From contig JAYWIR010000058.1 in the NCBI GenBank assembly GCA_036172245.1, forward strand, positions 558,001 to 622,000: a stretch of 64,000 nucleotides of DNA, given 5' to 3'. Below are positions 49,481 to 62,699 of the stretch, piece by piece. Each line of letters starts with the position of its first letter. The first letter of the stretch is position 1. The notes under the pieces were generated by a model. It made no database searches. It was not told the DNA's origin and saw only the letters and a program-made list of their open reading frames with translations. The DNA comes from Raillietiella orientalis (lineage: Eukaryota). Both the position numbers and the translations under genes were made by a program.

Positions 49481-50799
49481 GTTCTCAACCCCGCGACTGG
49501 TTCTTTTTTCTCCACCTCTCCAAAGATCGCTGCATCATGATCGCTGCTTCAAGCCCTCGGGTGTCAGAGAAAGGGGAGGAGGAGGGGGGAAGTAATTTTT
49601 CTTGGTAGCCTGGAAATCTGCAAGATTGCTGAGGTCACCCGGGGCCGTCTTTAGCACTCCAAAGCGTCGGGCACGTCTCTACGAACCTCAGGAGCATCGT
49701 GGCAATTATCGGTATCACCGCTGCTGGCCGGAGGATCCGGAAAGTCAACGGTGTTAGCGGGTGGGCGAAAAGGAGGTGCGCAGCGATGCCATCCCGGTGG
49801 AGGAGGCAACGGGGAGAGGAGGAGAGAAGAGCGTTTTATGGAGAAGGGGCCTCCGGAGAGATCTCCTCAGGAGTGTTCAGAATGGAGAAGAAAACGATGT
49901 TTCCAGGGGAGGCAGAGCGAATCCGGTGTCGGCTCAAGTCGCTGCTGATGCTGCAGTCGATGAGAAGGAGGAGGGAGGCAGTGGTTGCGGTCGGTCCAGT
50001 CCTCCAGTCCCCACCCACTTCACTCCGGTCTTGCGCGCAGAAGAGAAGGTTAGTCTGGTTTCCGAGGGAGGAAGGTCCCGGACGATGAGGGACGTGAACT
50101 GCAGGGAACGCCTCCGCATGGACCGGAGGCGTTCCCCTCTAGTACGCGGGAGTTCGGGAGGGACTCGTCGTCGAGCGTCGGAAGGGCAACACAGGAGAGG
50201 CGTTCTCAAGCATCTCTCCTTCTGGGATCCCAGGGTGCTGCGGAGGGCTCACGGCTGGAAGATCCGGCTGGCGGGGAGTCAGTGGAGGCCAAAAAAAAAG
50301 CTGTCCTAGGATGCGCGTTAGGATGAGGGAAAGGACGGAGACGAGAGCCTGGTTTCATAGGATGCACGTTCCGAGGTGCGCTGGAAAGCTTGCCCGTCCC
50401 TCGGTGGCTCCTCCTTTCCTCCTGGAAGGAGAGAAAACTCATGAAGCAAAGGATGCGCGTCTTCGCGACCTCTCGCTCTCGTCTTGCTCGCGAAAGAGCG
50501 GAGAGTGTCCGGGTTGCCTTGGGATCAGGGAAAACCTTTATTTGGGGGCTGCGAGTAGTCTCAGTTTTCTTCACTCGGAGGGAGAAAGGTAAACAAAAAG
50601 AGGAACGAGACAAATTTCCTTGAAAACTCCTCTCTCGAGAGTGGTCCTTTGAAGTGCCAAGCCGTAAACCAGAGTCGCTGTAGGGCTTTCCCTAAGAGAA
50701 GGGAGGAAGACCGGGTCTCTTGGAAGCTGCCATACTGTGCCCCAGAAGCATTTAGAGGACATTCTTGGACTCTTGGACTCTTCCACATTGACTCTTGGT

Positions 50800-51960
50800 C
50801 CGTTTTTCTTGGATGTGGGCTGTGACAAATACATTCAGACTCCTCGAATCAACAGGAACAGACTCAGAAAGAGAAGCGGTTCCCAAAATTTATTCCTGGA
50901 GTTGGGGGCATCTCGGGGAGGCTAGCACAGGAGCGCTTGCTTCCGTTTCGGGATTGGCAAAAGAGCAGACCAGAGAGATGACTTTCGATTTCGAGTCCCC
51001 CAAGGGCCACACCCTTCTTCCCAGACGGACTGACCCTTTTCGGCACGTCGGCGTTTTGCAAATCACTCAAGCGACGTGTTCCCACCAAGGGTGCAGAAGC
51101 TCCCTCAAGGGAACCCTCAAGAAAGACATGGGGGCGAACTACGATCGACGAAGCCTCAGGCGCTTTCCAATAGAAGCGCTATCCCAGGCAGAAAAGGGGG
51201 GGGGGGAGAAGGATCCTGCTTCCTGCCTTGTGAATGGCACTTGCAGGTCTTCCTGGCCCTGATAGCAACGCGAGACATCTGTTCTTAGGGAACCACCACG
51301 GCAGGAGCGAGTATAGTGGATCGGTTCCGGGCTGCCTAGCTGGAATCCGCCCTAACCTGAGGGGTAGCGAAATCTTTTGGTCTCCTTCAGGAAGAGTGAA
51401 CGAGCCTCGAAAGGAGCCCCATGGGCCTCTCAGAAGACCGCCTCCCCTACCAGCTGCCGGAGGTCCCTCTGGGAAGGATTACTGGTGCCACAAAGGGCAG
51501 GGAAGGGGGCAGACGTTGCTGCCGGATTAGAGAGACCTTAAGAGTCGCTTCCAGAGAGCAATGGAATGGTTAGTAAGAGCGTAAAAGGACAGGGAAGGAA
51601 CTCAACTTCGAGCGACTTCGAGCGTGGGGGTTATGGTGGCGTCTCATGCCTGGAGGGAGTGAAATTATCTGTATGAGGGTCGACGGACAAGTGCGTCTGG
51701 TATGGGCGTTCCAGGTCTCAGGTCGGGAAGGTGTGGGTACCCTGTGGTGAAGCGGAGTCGAAGAGACAGGCCGTCCGGCCTGGGCTGCACAGTCAGCTGT
51801 CTGAGCAGATCGATGGAGTGGTGCACCCAGGATGAACGCGTTCCCTGCACTAGGCTCTCGAAGGTGGGAGGAGGGCGCTTGTTACTAGTGGAGGAGGGCA
51901 TCCGTGAAGCGTGCAGGAGGCGGCCGAAAGAATGGAACTTCGTCCTCCACTTGCCGATAG
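50800..51960 (+). mobile_element. Decayed RT region
   Basis: 'TLLPRRTDP', 'GASIVD', 'GRGQTLLP', 'SASG', 'RCGYP' in RT order. Weak. Confidence 0.33.
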
Positions 51961-54849
51961 GGTAGTCTCGTCTCTAGGAAGCGTCGAACAGAGTTTCCGA
52001 GCGTTCCCGGAAGTGTCGTCTCCTTGGTTTCAAACGACAAAAAAGCCTGTAGCTCTCCGTTCCTCTGACTCCTCAAATGTACGTCCGACGTGCCTTGGGG
52101 GAGCCGTAGGTAACCGACGTGAGACTGGAGGGGAGACCTCCTGATGTCTGGGGTACGAGGAGGAAAACCACCTCTCAGAAAGGCTGCTCCTTCTGCTGTC
52201 AGAGACAATAAGGGTGATATGAGGGAGAAGGGGTAGGAACCAAAGCTGTCGCTTCCCACTCAAAGACGCGGTCACCGAGCACAGGCTGCCTCCAGTCCTT
52301 GTAGGTGGGTGCAAGCGCGGCAGCGCTCCTCCTACACGTGATGCCACAGGACTACAACCATTTCCTGGTAGATCGTTTTTTTTCTTTTTTTCTCCACTAT
52401 CGGGAATTATCGCCCTACTCACCTTATCCTTGCCCTTCTGCGGTCCCGGCACCAAGTTTCCAGAAATCCCTCTTCTTTCCCACCACCTTAAAGGAAAAGT
52501 CCGGGAAGAAGCGCCGTTGAGCCTGTCAAGGGGAGAGGGAAGCGACGAGGAGGCACAGTAGGAGACCTACAGTTCATCCACTGCCTGCATCGTACTCTCT
52601 GCCCCCTATGCAATCTTGCTACGCAGACTCGCAGCAATTCCGATCCTGGGTCCGTTCGACTCCAGCAGGGATCCCCCCAGAGGAGGAAAGCGCAAATCCC
52701 TATTCTTCCAACCCTCATCCTCTTCAGTGAAGAAATTTCCATACCTTCCCTTGGTGCTTTTCTTTCTCCTTTTATCCTCGAATGGATCCTCTCTAGCGAT
52801 GGTGCCATGTGGACATTGGTAGAGAACAAAACTGGAAGGCCTTCGTCCTGGAATACCCATGGTTTCGGTGGCTAAGGATCTCGGCTCTAGAGTTCCGTCG
52901 TCATCTAACTACCTCTCTTGAAATTCTGTCAAGAAGGAGCCTTTGCTGCTCTCATCCCGCGCCTTCGTGGCTCCCCTCGTCTTACAGTGGCACACGAGAA
53001 CGAGGGGTCAGATGGGAGCTCCCAGAGAGGAACGGGGTGAGAAATCCATCATGGCATTCTGCTTTTCATGCTTCTGGGCAGCGGGATGCTCTTCTGCGTG
53101 AAGCACGCAGCCCCTCCACATCACCCCAACAGACGTCGCGAGGTGAAGGTGAGAGGAGATACCCTCCTATCCCGCTCAGTCTCCCGATCTCGGCAGAGGG
53201 AATGGTCCTGGCTTTCTATGAAACTCGCCCGGACCTCTTTGTCACCGACTTCCCTTCTCTCCACCCATGGGAACCAACGTCTCTCAGGAGCACCTTCTCG
53301 GTCTTTTCTTGTACAACAGTGCAGAGGCTTGACCTTGAATTACCCCACTTTTTCGCCTCCACGGTCCCTCCTAACGAATGACTGTGTTTCCTTCCCTTCC
53401 ACAAGGCAGTCCCACCTGAAAATCAGGCATCCGGCCCCTTCACTTTTTCATCCCCCATATTCCTCCTATAGGTGGTGCCTCCAGCCCTCTTCCTTTCCTC
53501 TTCCAGGAGGACGAGCTCGTGTGTCCTATCCTAGAAAGTGGAGTCGGAAGCACAACCGACAATCCCGAAGGATGGGAAACGATCACGATCCGGAAATGGG
53601 GTTGTCGGCCGGGCTTCAGTGAACTCGGGGAGCGCATCATTCCAGACGGAGAGGGAAGAAAGGGCCGTAGAGGGACGAGACCTTAGGGTGTCCTCTGAGT
53701 CCTTCCTCGGCCTTCTGTACGCCAAATGGAGCCGAATTCCTTTCTTCTCGCCAGAGAGTTGGTAGAGCACACTCCTACTCCTAGAAATCTCTCTTTCCTT
53801 TTCCCAAGGCGTCTGACCTTGATGCTCTGCCTTCCTCGGTCCCAGAAGAGCACCGCCCCATCCTTACTCTTGGGACTCCCTTTTCTCCCTTCCAGAGAGA
53901 TGATTCTTGGCATCTTGAGCCAGCAGGCGGAACTAGAGGAGTAAGCCGGAACCCCCTGGAGACGGCATCTCTCTCCCTTCCCATACTCCGCGCCGGAGTC
54001 CAGGAACTCGTTAAAAACGCTGGAAGCTGGCTGCTGACTTCTCCTCTGAAGGGAGGAGTTCTCCACCTTCGTCCCCCTCCTCCATCAGATCTGATCGCCG
54101 CCACCTCATCATGAGGGAGGGTGGTCAGAACTACCCCCTTCCTCTCCCTATTGCCTTCCGGCTGAAGAGGCGAACGTTTACATCCGTTGCTGTCGGCTCT
54201 TCCTCCTTCCCTCTTTTCTCGGTGTTCCCTAGGGAACGGAGGAGAATTTCAGCGCATTCCTCTGCGAACATCCTGAGAAAGGGGATACTGTGGAGGAAGG
54301 TGGTCATTTCTTCCAGGAGCGCACTGCTCCTTCGCTAGCAGGGAGAACGAATTTAGTCGAGTTTCCCCTCCCCTCCCCTGCTCACTTCTAGTCCGACACT
54401 TGAGCACCTCGGACTTCCTTTTCTCCGGAAGAAGAGGGAAGGCAGTCACTCCCTATCCAATCTGGCTCTCCTGTGTTCCTCTTTCCTCTCTATCCCGCAG
54501 CCTTCCAAAAGGTCGGCGTCCTAGTCTTGGACTGCCCCTACCTTCGTCTTCCCGCAGAGGAACTCCCAGGAGGAAACGTAGGTCCTCGTCGCTCCCTTGG
54601 ATTTGATCTTTCGTAGCATTCCAAAAAGTCTTCGCCTCCAGCCACTCACTCGTGGCAACGTTCTCTGAGAGCACGGAGAGTGCGCCGTCCTCCGCAGTGC
54701 AGATTCACAGATCTCTCAGCCTCCGAGCAGGAAATGAGGATGAGGGGTCGGAGTAGGGGGAATTACTCTGACCTGGAGTCTGACTCTGGAGCCCCCGTTG
54801 GCAATACGTTCAAACCCTGCGGGGGATCAAAAGCGGGGCGCGGACTTCT

Positions 54850-55600
54850 GGTGTGCGCGCGCAGCGTCCGAAGTGCTCCCTAAGCCAGGATCAGTCGCAG
54901 CCTCTCTTTCCCCAGGCTCTCAAAGGGAAAGCAGGGAAGGAAAGATGCTGCGGTCTGACCCTGCAGATTGATTTATGTGGAGAGTCCTTCCCCGAGGACG
55001 CTCTGGGTTACACTCATGCATTTGCATTCAGCCAGGAGCAAGCCCAATGCCTGTGCCACGGCCCCGGAGAAACGGATCGGCGTGCCTTCCTCGCGCTTCC
55101 CGTTGTGGATCTGGAAAGATCAGTTCAGGTGCTTCTTCCTAAATGGGTGGCTCCGCGAAGTCCTGCGGCTGGCGGGCAGCGGCGTCCTGCCTCGTCCCAG
55201 AAGTAGTGGCGCCGAGATTGCCGGGTCGCTACCCTGCCTTCCGGCCATTCGCTGGAATCGGAAAGCTGATGGCCGGATCATCCTTCTTGCGGATGAAAGT
55301 CACCAGCCAGAAAGGCGTCCACTAACCGATAAGGTGGAATGGGCCACGAGCCACTTTCGACTACCTCTCCAGAAAGTCAGGAACAAGGGTTCCTGATTTT
55401 CAGGGGACTTCCTGGTCCGGGACGGGAGAAAGGAATGGGAATTTGGCTTAGAACTCCGAAATGGTCTCCAGCAGAGATTGGCCTCCTCAAGTTTGTAAGC
55501 TTTTGGTCGGAGTGAAACTGGTGCCAGTACCCAGGAGCACACCACGCTGTTAGCCAACCGAAGACTCCTCAGTGTAAAGAAGAGCGAGCGGTCCTCCCCC
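54850..55600 (+). mobile_element. Decayed RT core
   Basis: 'LQIDL', 'FLNGWLREVLRLAGSGV' and 'IILLADES' correspond to the D..KAF, NG...GVxQG and YADD motifs. Confidence 0.5.
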
Positions 55601-58199
55601 GTGAGTGTCTTCTCCGAACGAGAACGGCGGTTTGCTCTTCTCGAGGGATGCTTGTGGCTTCCTTTGTCTCTCTCTTCCCCCTCCTTTCTACATTCTGCTC
55701 TGGCTCCAAGCAGCGATGGCTGAGAGTCACACAGGCGCTCCCTACAATCGTAACTTGGAAGCTGCACCGAAAGCAGCATAACTCGCATCTCGATGGAGTT
55801 TTCTCTTCCTCCTATGGCCTTCCCTTCCGGGAAACGATATTCTGTGATCCTCAAGTTCTGGAAAGTTTCCTTAACTCCCGGTCTGTCTGACAAAGAACCA
55901 GAGACATTGGAACATGAGAAGCATGAGGATTCTTAGAGAGAGGTCGCTTCTAGGCAGTAAGGAACGAAGAGGAGTTTGGAAGGCCGTGGTAAAAGGCATC
56001 TCGGATATCCGATTGCTCTACCATGATGCGGCTCTCCCTTTCCTCTTCCCTTTCCTCTTGCACGTGTGGGTTCGAGTGGTACTGGCATGATGCAAATGGA
56101 TAAGGAGAGAGCTGAATGATGGTGACCTCGAAAGAAGTCATTGATCATTTTAGCCTGTCTCTGGAAGGTGGAGGTGCCAATCTACTTTCGATCTCCAACC
56201 TCTTAACTAACTCCTTAATCGATGACGCGACATCCAGGGAAGAAGAGTGATCCATTATGGAGGCATCCACGATATGCGGATAGTGCTGTTGCCTAACTAA
56301 AAGATACCTCGGAGTCGGAAGCTGCGGGCCTTGCTGGAATTCTCTCCAATTTCTTCTGCAATGCCACAGAGGATCGTACAGTTCAGTTAGTGTCATTGAT
56401 GAAGTGGATCGACTTCTTGAGACTCTCTTCTCATTGCCGTCGTGTAACCCTCACAGTTCGAGCTCGGCAGAAGAGCAGCAATGATTGCTCAACAGTGACC
56501 CCGAATCAGCCCGACCATGAGCTCGAGTGACCTTCATTTCCCCTCTTGGAAGAGACAGAAAATGTGCAAATGCTCCTTCATCTTTTATCTGTGAAAAAAA
56601 GATCTGCTTTGATGAACGGAGACGCTTTTCCGGCGGACTCGTGCCTCGCTCTCTGCCGAGGCGGAACGGTAGTTCTCCCCATCTGAGTGGGAAACGGGAT
56701 CTTACTGGAGGCTCCCTCCTGTTTGCGTCGTTCCAGGTGAAGGCGAAGGAACCACCGCACTTCGCTAGGGAAAGTTTGTCAGCCGATCATCCCGCGCATG
56801 CCCACGTCCATGTTCCGACTCTCCCTGCCTGGTCCAGCTCTCCAGCTCTCCACTCGACCTCTCGTGATACGAGTCAGAGACCGACATCGAAACGCCTTGC
56901 AAAGCTCTCGAGAGCTTTGAGGAGGATTTTTTGCCTCCCCTTGGAGCGAATTTCGGGAATGAAATCCTGAAGGAAGCGTGATGCTGGAAGCTGGTTAAGA
57001 AAACGCTGCTCGAACGTCTCTTAAGACGGAGCTCCTGTTTGGGATGCAGAAGGATTCCGGGACTTCCTGTTTCCTCTCCTTGAGGGATGGACTTGCAGGC
57101 CTGAGAGAAATAATGGATGGAGTTCTTTTCTCCCAGAAGCGGTCTACATAGATCACGAAAGACGGAAAGCGCCGCAGCAGTTTGCGGCCTCGCTCCAGGC
57201 TCTACTCTACGCGTCCCTCCATCTGGCAGGAAAAAGGGCGTGGGATTGCTTGCTTTCCTCAAAGCGTCGCCGCTTCTTGTACCCTCTCTCTTACAGGAGG
57301 AAGCGTAGGCAAACGCTTTGCTGTCGCTGTCTCCAGGAAAAAGCGCTCTATTCCAGCAGGATCGTGAGACGCGAGGAGCCGCACCTCCCAGGGTCCGTTT
57401 CCAGGGACGACAAGGGAGAAGAGCAAGAAACGGGTGAAGGACGCTTTCAGGAATCTGACCGCTCTTCGAGGGTTGAGGAAGCCCACAGCCGATCACCCTC
57501 GCGCTCTCTTTCCCGAGCACACGCGGATGCGGAGCTGTTGCCTCCCCCTCCCCCTCTCTCTCCCCTTTTCCCTTCTGTTGCTGTCCTGCTTTCTCCTCTT
57601 CGGACGTCCTCTGCCTCCCCAGCAACCGCGCTCTCGGCGGCAAGTGAAAGCAGCACGAGCGCGCGTGATCTGCACTCAAACCCCTCCTGAGGAGCAGCTC
57701 GCCAAGAGGGCGGCCGGAGGGGGGGGGGCAGGGGCCGCGGACAACTCACGGAGTTTTAGCCGATTAGCGACTCAGCGAGCGATCACGAGGAAGCGAGTGA
57801 ACTTCGAGCCCCTTCCTCATCCCGTTTTCCTGGCGGCTGGCCAGTCAGCTTCTGAGATCACATGCCGAGAAACAGCACCGAAACATCCATCTTCGGGAGA
57901 AGGTAGGGGGGTAGGGGAATGGGGTGGAAGCAGAAGTGGTGAAGAGCTCCGTTCCTCCCGGTTTTCGAAGCATCCGGGACCCGGCGGCAGACAGGAGGAC
58001 GTACGCCCCTTGCCATTCGCACTTCGCTTCTTTCCCGAAGAGATGGCTGAAGACCCCCCGCTGCTCCAGGAGGAGACAGAGGCGGAATCTCACAGCGGCA
58101 CGCAAAAGCCTCCGCCTCGCTTATCTCTCGCTCTACTGGAATCAACCAAGATCGGATGGTTCTGATTGAGAAAGGTCATCAGATACGTAAGTGGGTCGC

Positions 58200-59270
58200 C
58201 GAGTCAGAAAATGGCCTGCGGGCAGGTAAAATTGTGAGGCGCAGCTGGATTAAATGAGTGAAAGATGCTGCGTATCGTCAGTGCTGTCGGCTCGAAGTTC
58301 GCCGAATGCGTTTTGCGGGACGGGTGTCCCGGAGTGCGAGCGTGATCATCTCCAAGGCAGCATCCGGCGACGAAGGAATGTGGCACGCAGCGACAGCGAC
58401 ACGGTGATTCATCCCGAAGGTAGGCTTGTGGAGAACGGTGGCCGTGGAGTTTCCGACGGAGACGGGTGGGATCCACGTGACTCGGGGAGGAAAAGATCGA
58501 CCCCGGCGGACCAAGGGCATAGGCTAGAGGGGAGGGGGCACCAAGGGAAGTCTTACTCTCTGCCCTCCTCGAGGAGGGGTAGGGGAGGACAACACCTGCC
58601 TATCCTGCCCCACCCCTTTCCCTCTTCGTCCGAAATCCGCGATGACATGGGGTCCCGAAGTGGCCAGGGTGGGGTAAGCCGAAGCCACCACCGTTGCAGG
58701 AGCTTCCGGCACACCAGGGGACTACAGACTCCGACGGGAGAAGCTGAAACGAGAACGCGCGTTCTCGCAGTTGGTTGCCGGTCCCCTTGCGGGTTCTGAG
58801 CATCGCAGGTCCGCCGCCCCCACCCCCAGTCCACGATACACGGACAACCGTCCTCGTTTTTCCACAGCTGCGGGCATGAGGCTGCAGGCGCCCGCTCGCG
58901 GGTAACTTCCAGAGCTCGAGGATGCGCTTCTCTGGAAAGACCAAAGTTTTCCTCTTTCCCACGTTCTTCCTCGCTTTTGCGGTCCTCGCTCTTCTCTGCA
59001 AGAAAGAGAGGACCCCTAGAGATTGACTTAAAGTCCTGCCTGCTCAGCCCTATGAATTCTTGGGACCATCTCTTGGGAGAAACCTCGGCAATCCTCCTCT
59101 CCCGGAAAACGTCCGGAAAGTCCTTCTTTTCCCTGTACTTAGAGCTGAATCTTCCACCGTTAGAGCCGCCATGGGATACAGCGGAACCTTTCCTTCCTTC
59201 CTCCCTTCTCCCCTCATCCCTTTCCTTCCTCACCAGAATGCCACTCAGCATCCACCCCTCCGCTCCCAAA
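58200..59270 (-). mobile_element. Decayed RT core
   Basis: 'IGLSRQDFKSISR', 'CIVDW', 'LRDPMS' and 'CLGDD' in RT order on the minus strand. Confidence 0.42.
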
Positions 59271-59949
59271 AGTAGCTGTTCTGGAATGCCCTGCCTGCTA
59301 TCCTCCCTCCAGTTCCCCGAGCTCCCCTGCTCTTCGGTGCGTCCTGACCTTTCATCATTGGGATCCCTTTACCCCTCCCCCTGTCTCTTCTCTCGATGAA
59401 CCTTTGCACACTTCATTCCAGCAGCCCAAGGTAGGGAGCACTTTCTGGAAGCATCGTCTTCCTAGGAAACGAGGTAACGATCCGGAAACAGAGGGCTTTC
59501 CTTTCCTTTATGGACAGCCCTCATTTGCCTAACCATGTCCTCCTGTTTGGCATGCTAAAAATAGAACAGGAGAAAAGGAAGGGAAACTAGACAGTTCCAG
59601 GGAAAAGGAGGGTTAAGGTCAGAGGGTTCTCTCGTTTCTGAAGCGAAAACACCACCCCGAACGACAAAAAGTCAAGGAACGCGGGGTTCCTCTCTGGAGG
59701 CGGAAAGGTTTCGTCCGTGTCCGCACAGCTGGGGAGGGGAGCAAGATGTGTACCTGCTCACTGCTGTCTACTTCCTTACCCCCTGATGGGGATGATATGT
59801 GGCCACTACTCATGCAGGACAGTCCCGACTGGGATGTTCGGAAGCTCTCGGGTTGCCTTTGCTAGCGTCTGCCTCCACGCATGCGCTTCAGGCTGTCTCA
59901 GTTGTCTCAGTTGGCGAACGGTGGTGTTACGCAGAATCGCCTTGATTAT

Positions 59950-61200
59950 TTCCGGGTGACGGGATGACGTCACAGGATGTCACCCCGTCCCTTCCAAGCA
60001 GGAGGCAGTCTCTCCCGCAGTTTCTTCAGTGATGGCCCCTCGCAGCTTCTCTTCCCGTCCCAGAGGACCCACCACCCCGCTCACCGCTCTCTGCAGGATC
60101 TTCCGGTGCTCTCAGGTCTGCAGTTCCCCTACTTCCCTGGTGTTCTTGTGAAGTGCAAGGGTAATTGCTTCTTCTGTTCGGCCAAGCCGCTTCCCTCCAC
60201 GGACCCCGCGGACTGGAGTCAGAGCTGTCTGCCTTTGCTTCCGTTCGGATCGCCTTGAGTGCGTGATCATCACCTCCTCACCCCGATTCCGGGAACCGGA
60301 GTCCTTCCCTCATTTCCTCATCCAGCCTTCTCCACTTGAAGAAGGTTTCTCTTGAATCGAGGCATCTGCTAGAAAGGGGTGCGCTCCACCCAAAAGCAGA
60401 GCAGCATCACCCTCTCAACGAGGCGCTTCCCGGATGTGCAGCATCCCTTTGGGGCGACTCAGAGAGTTGCCTGAAGTCCAAGACATCCAGATATGTTTTT
60501 CGTGAAGACAACATCCCGTTCCCTCATTCAAAAGAGTCTCACGTCCTCTACGGACAGTCCTCCACCCCTTCGCTGACTAGTCTTCCCGTGCCACTCATTT
60601 CCCTTTATCTTCCTGAGCTCGCTCGGTTCTGCGAATCATCGAGGACCCTTTGCTGCTCCCATGCGTTCTCAGGAGCCAACGGAAAACTTGCGGTTCCTTG
60701 AAGTGCGTACCACCGGCGTGCCCCTTGAGGGGAGCGCCTTTCTCTACATGATGGCGCGCTTACCTCTGGAAGGAGCGAGGAGAGGGGGAGCGTCTACTCT
60801 ATCTCTTTTTCCTTGCTCGCCCTGGAACCGGTCGCATTCAGCGACGAGGCCTTCGGAAATGTCGGAAATGACCTCGTCCTCTTCCACTTTGTGAAAATCG
60901 CGGAGTCGCAACGATAGGCTCCTCTCCTTCTCCCCTCCCCCTCCAGAAAAGCGAGGGCCATGCCAAGCTGCCGAACTGGCACTCAGCAAACCAGGAGATG
61001 CCACTTCCGCTCTCAACAGGTGCGTCAAGAGAACACGACGATCACCGTCCTGCATTCCGACCATGCCTACCGCGAGGCAGCGGGTGCTGCAGGCTTGCAG
61101 CCGGATTTCGGCGGAGGCTGCCCGTTTGGCGCTCGGAACTTACCCTCCTCCCCGTGTGGTCCGTAAACCGGAGGATTCATCACCTCCTTGCGCCGACCCT
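59950..61200 (+). mobile_element. Decayed LINE (ORF1 knuckle, APE and RT remnants)
   Basis: 'NCFFCS', 'SLWGDSE', 'QQVRQEN'. Weak. Confidence 0.3.
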
Positions 61201-62699
61201 GATTTCCGGAGGTACACTCCAAAAGCAGGACATGGACACCCTTGTTTTTGTTTTTTTGTTTCCTCCTTTTTTTTCTTCCCCTTAGCTCTGAAGGTTCTTG
61301 CCGTCAAGGGTGGGCGAGAATTCGAACGTGCCCAAACGCCCGATGGAGTTGCTTAACCCCGCCTCCTTGCTCCCCCTCTAGCCATGCAAAGAGTGTAAAC
61401 GCTAAAGAAAAAAAAAAAGAAAACAAAGAAAGGAAGGGAGGGGGGGGGGATAAGCACCACTTTTTTTTTTTTTTCATTTTGTTTTTTCCTTTCGCGCGGG
61501 AAGCATTTCCGTTCGAACTTCCTCTCCGCCTTCCAGGAAGCCTTCGAGCGCGGTGAGCGAGGGAAGGAGACACGAGCTCCATGCCTGAAATTCCTTTGTG
61601 CGCATTCGGTAGCCAACCTGATCCCATGCTATGCAGAGGAGGCGGTGCACCTCTAGCGATGGCAGCCAGCTGCTTCCCAAAGTGCTGGTCACTGCATGGC
61701 AGTGGAGTGGAACGCGTCCGAGACGTCTTCCCCTCCCTGAAGTATCTTCACCTGCAAGTGAAGGCGTCCGTCACGAGAGACTCACAAAATGCGCGAATGC
61801 TTCCCGTGCATCTGGCTCGCCTTGTGATTGGAATCTTTCCAAGGTTGTCCTGGTTACGGCTGTTGGCGGAAGATGAGGAGGAGGAGGAAGGGGGGGATGA
61901 ACAGGGAAAACGCATAGTGAGAGAGAAAGCATTCGCAGAACGCCACCAAAGCAAAGCATCATCTGGAATGTCCAGGGTAACGGAAAGAAGCAAAGCATGT
62001 TGCACCGAGCAGTCTCTTTGCTTCTCCGCTGTGTCTTCTTTCCCTGTTGGCGAGTGTGTGGCCGATCCTTGTTGACGAAAGTGAGGAGGGAAGGTCGCGG
62101 CTATGTTGCGGCTGCTCGAGTTGGCAGCATCTCCAGCCGGACTGTGGACAGGAGAAACGGAAACCTCCGACCCTCCGCTTTTGCCGCCGCTGGGGCGTCG
62201 GATGGCCGGATCTCAGGGCTGCCGCTCACGTTCCTAGGAAGGGTGGAGTTAGCTTGCAACAGAGTCATGTGATCACCAGCTTGCCTGTTCCAGGTGCAAC
62301 AGAAAAACTGGGATGATTAAGACGAGCGCTTTTCCATCCACAGGAAGCTCCCATGCGAGGAGCGGTTGGAATTCACAAATCAATATTTGCTGGCTGCTCC
62401 TTACAGAAAAAGAAAACAAAGCGATGGCAAGAAATGAGGCAAAAATAAACACGGGAGGCATGCTAAAAAAGAGAAGAAGAAGAAAGAAGAAATCTTTGGA
62501 GTGTTGGTGGAACCACTAATTTTTCTTATTCAAACACGAACATCTGCAGCAGGGAGAGAAAACGAGAACGAATCTCCACTTCGAAAGGCAAAAAAAGAAA
62601 AAGAAAAGGAAAGAAAAAAAATTGAATGTGACCACCCGCCACTACGGTGAGACGAGAGGAAAATGCACCGTTCGCTCTGTGGAGTGGAAACCAAGGATC

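Noticed and set aside
56060..56085. GGGTTCGAG resembling a tRNA T-loop/B box
   Set aside because: No T-stem closure, A box or cloverleaf.
56765..58165. Long overlapping ORFs (304 aa minus, 243 aa plus)
   Set aside because: Low-complexity GA/CT-derived translations with no coherent domain.
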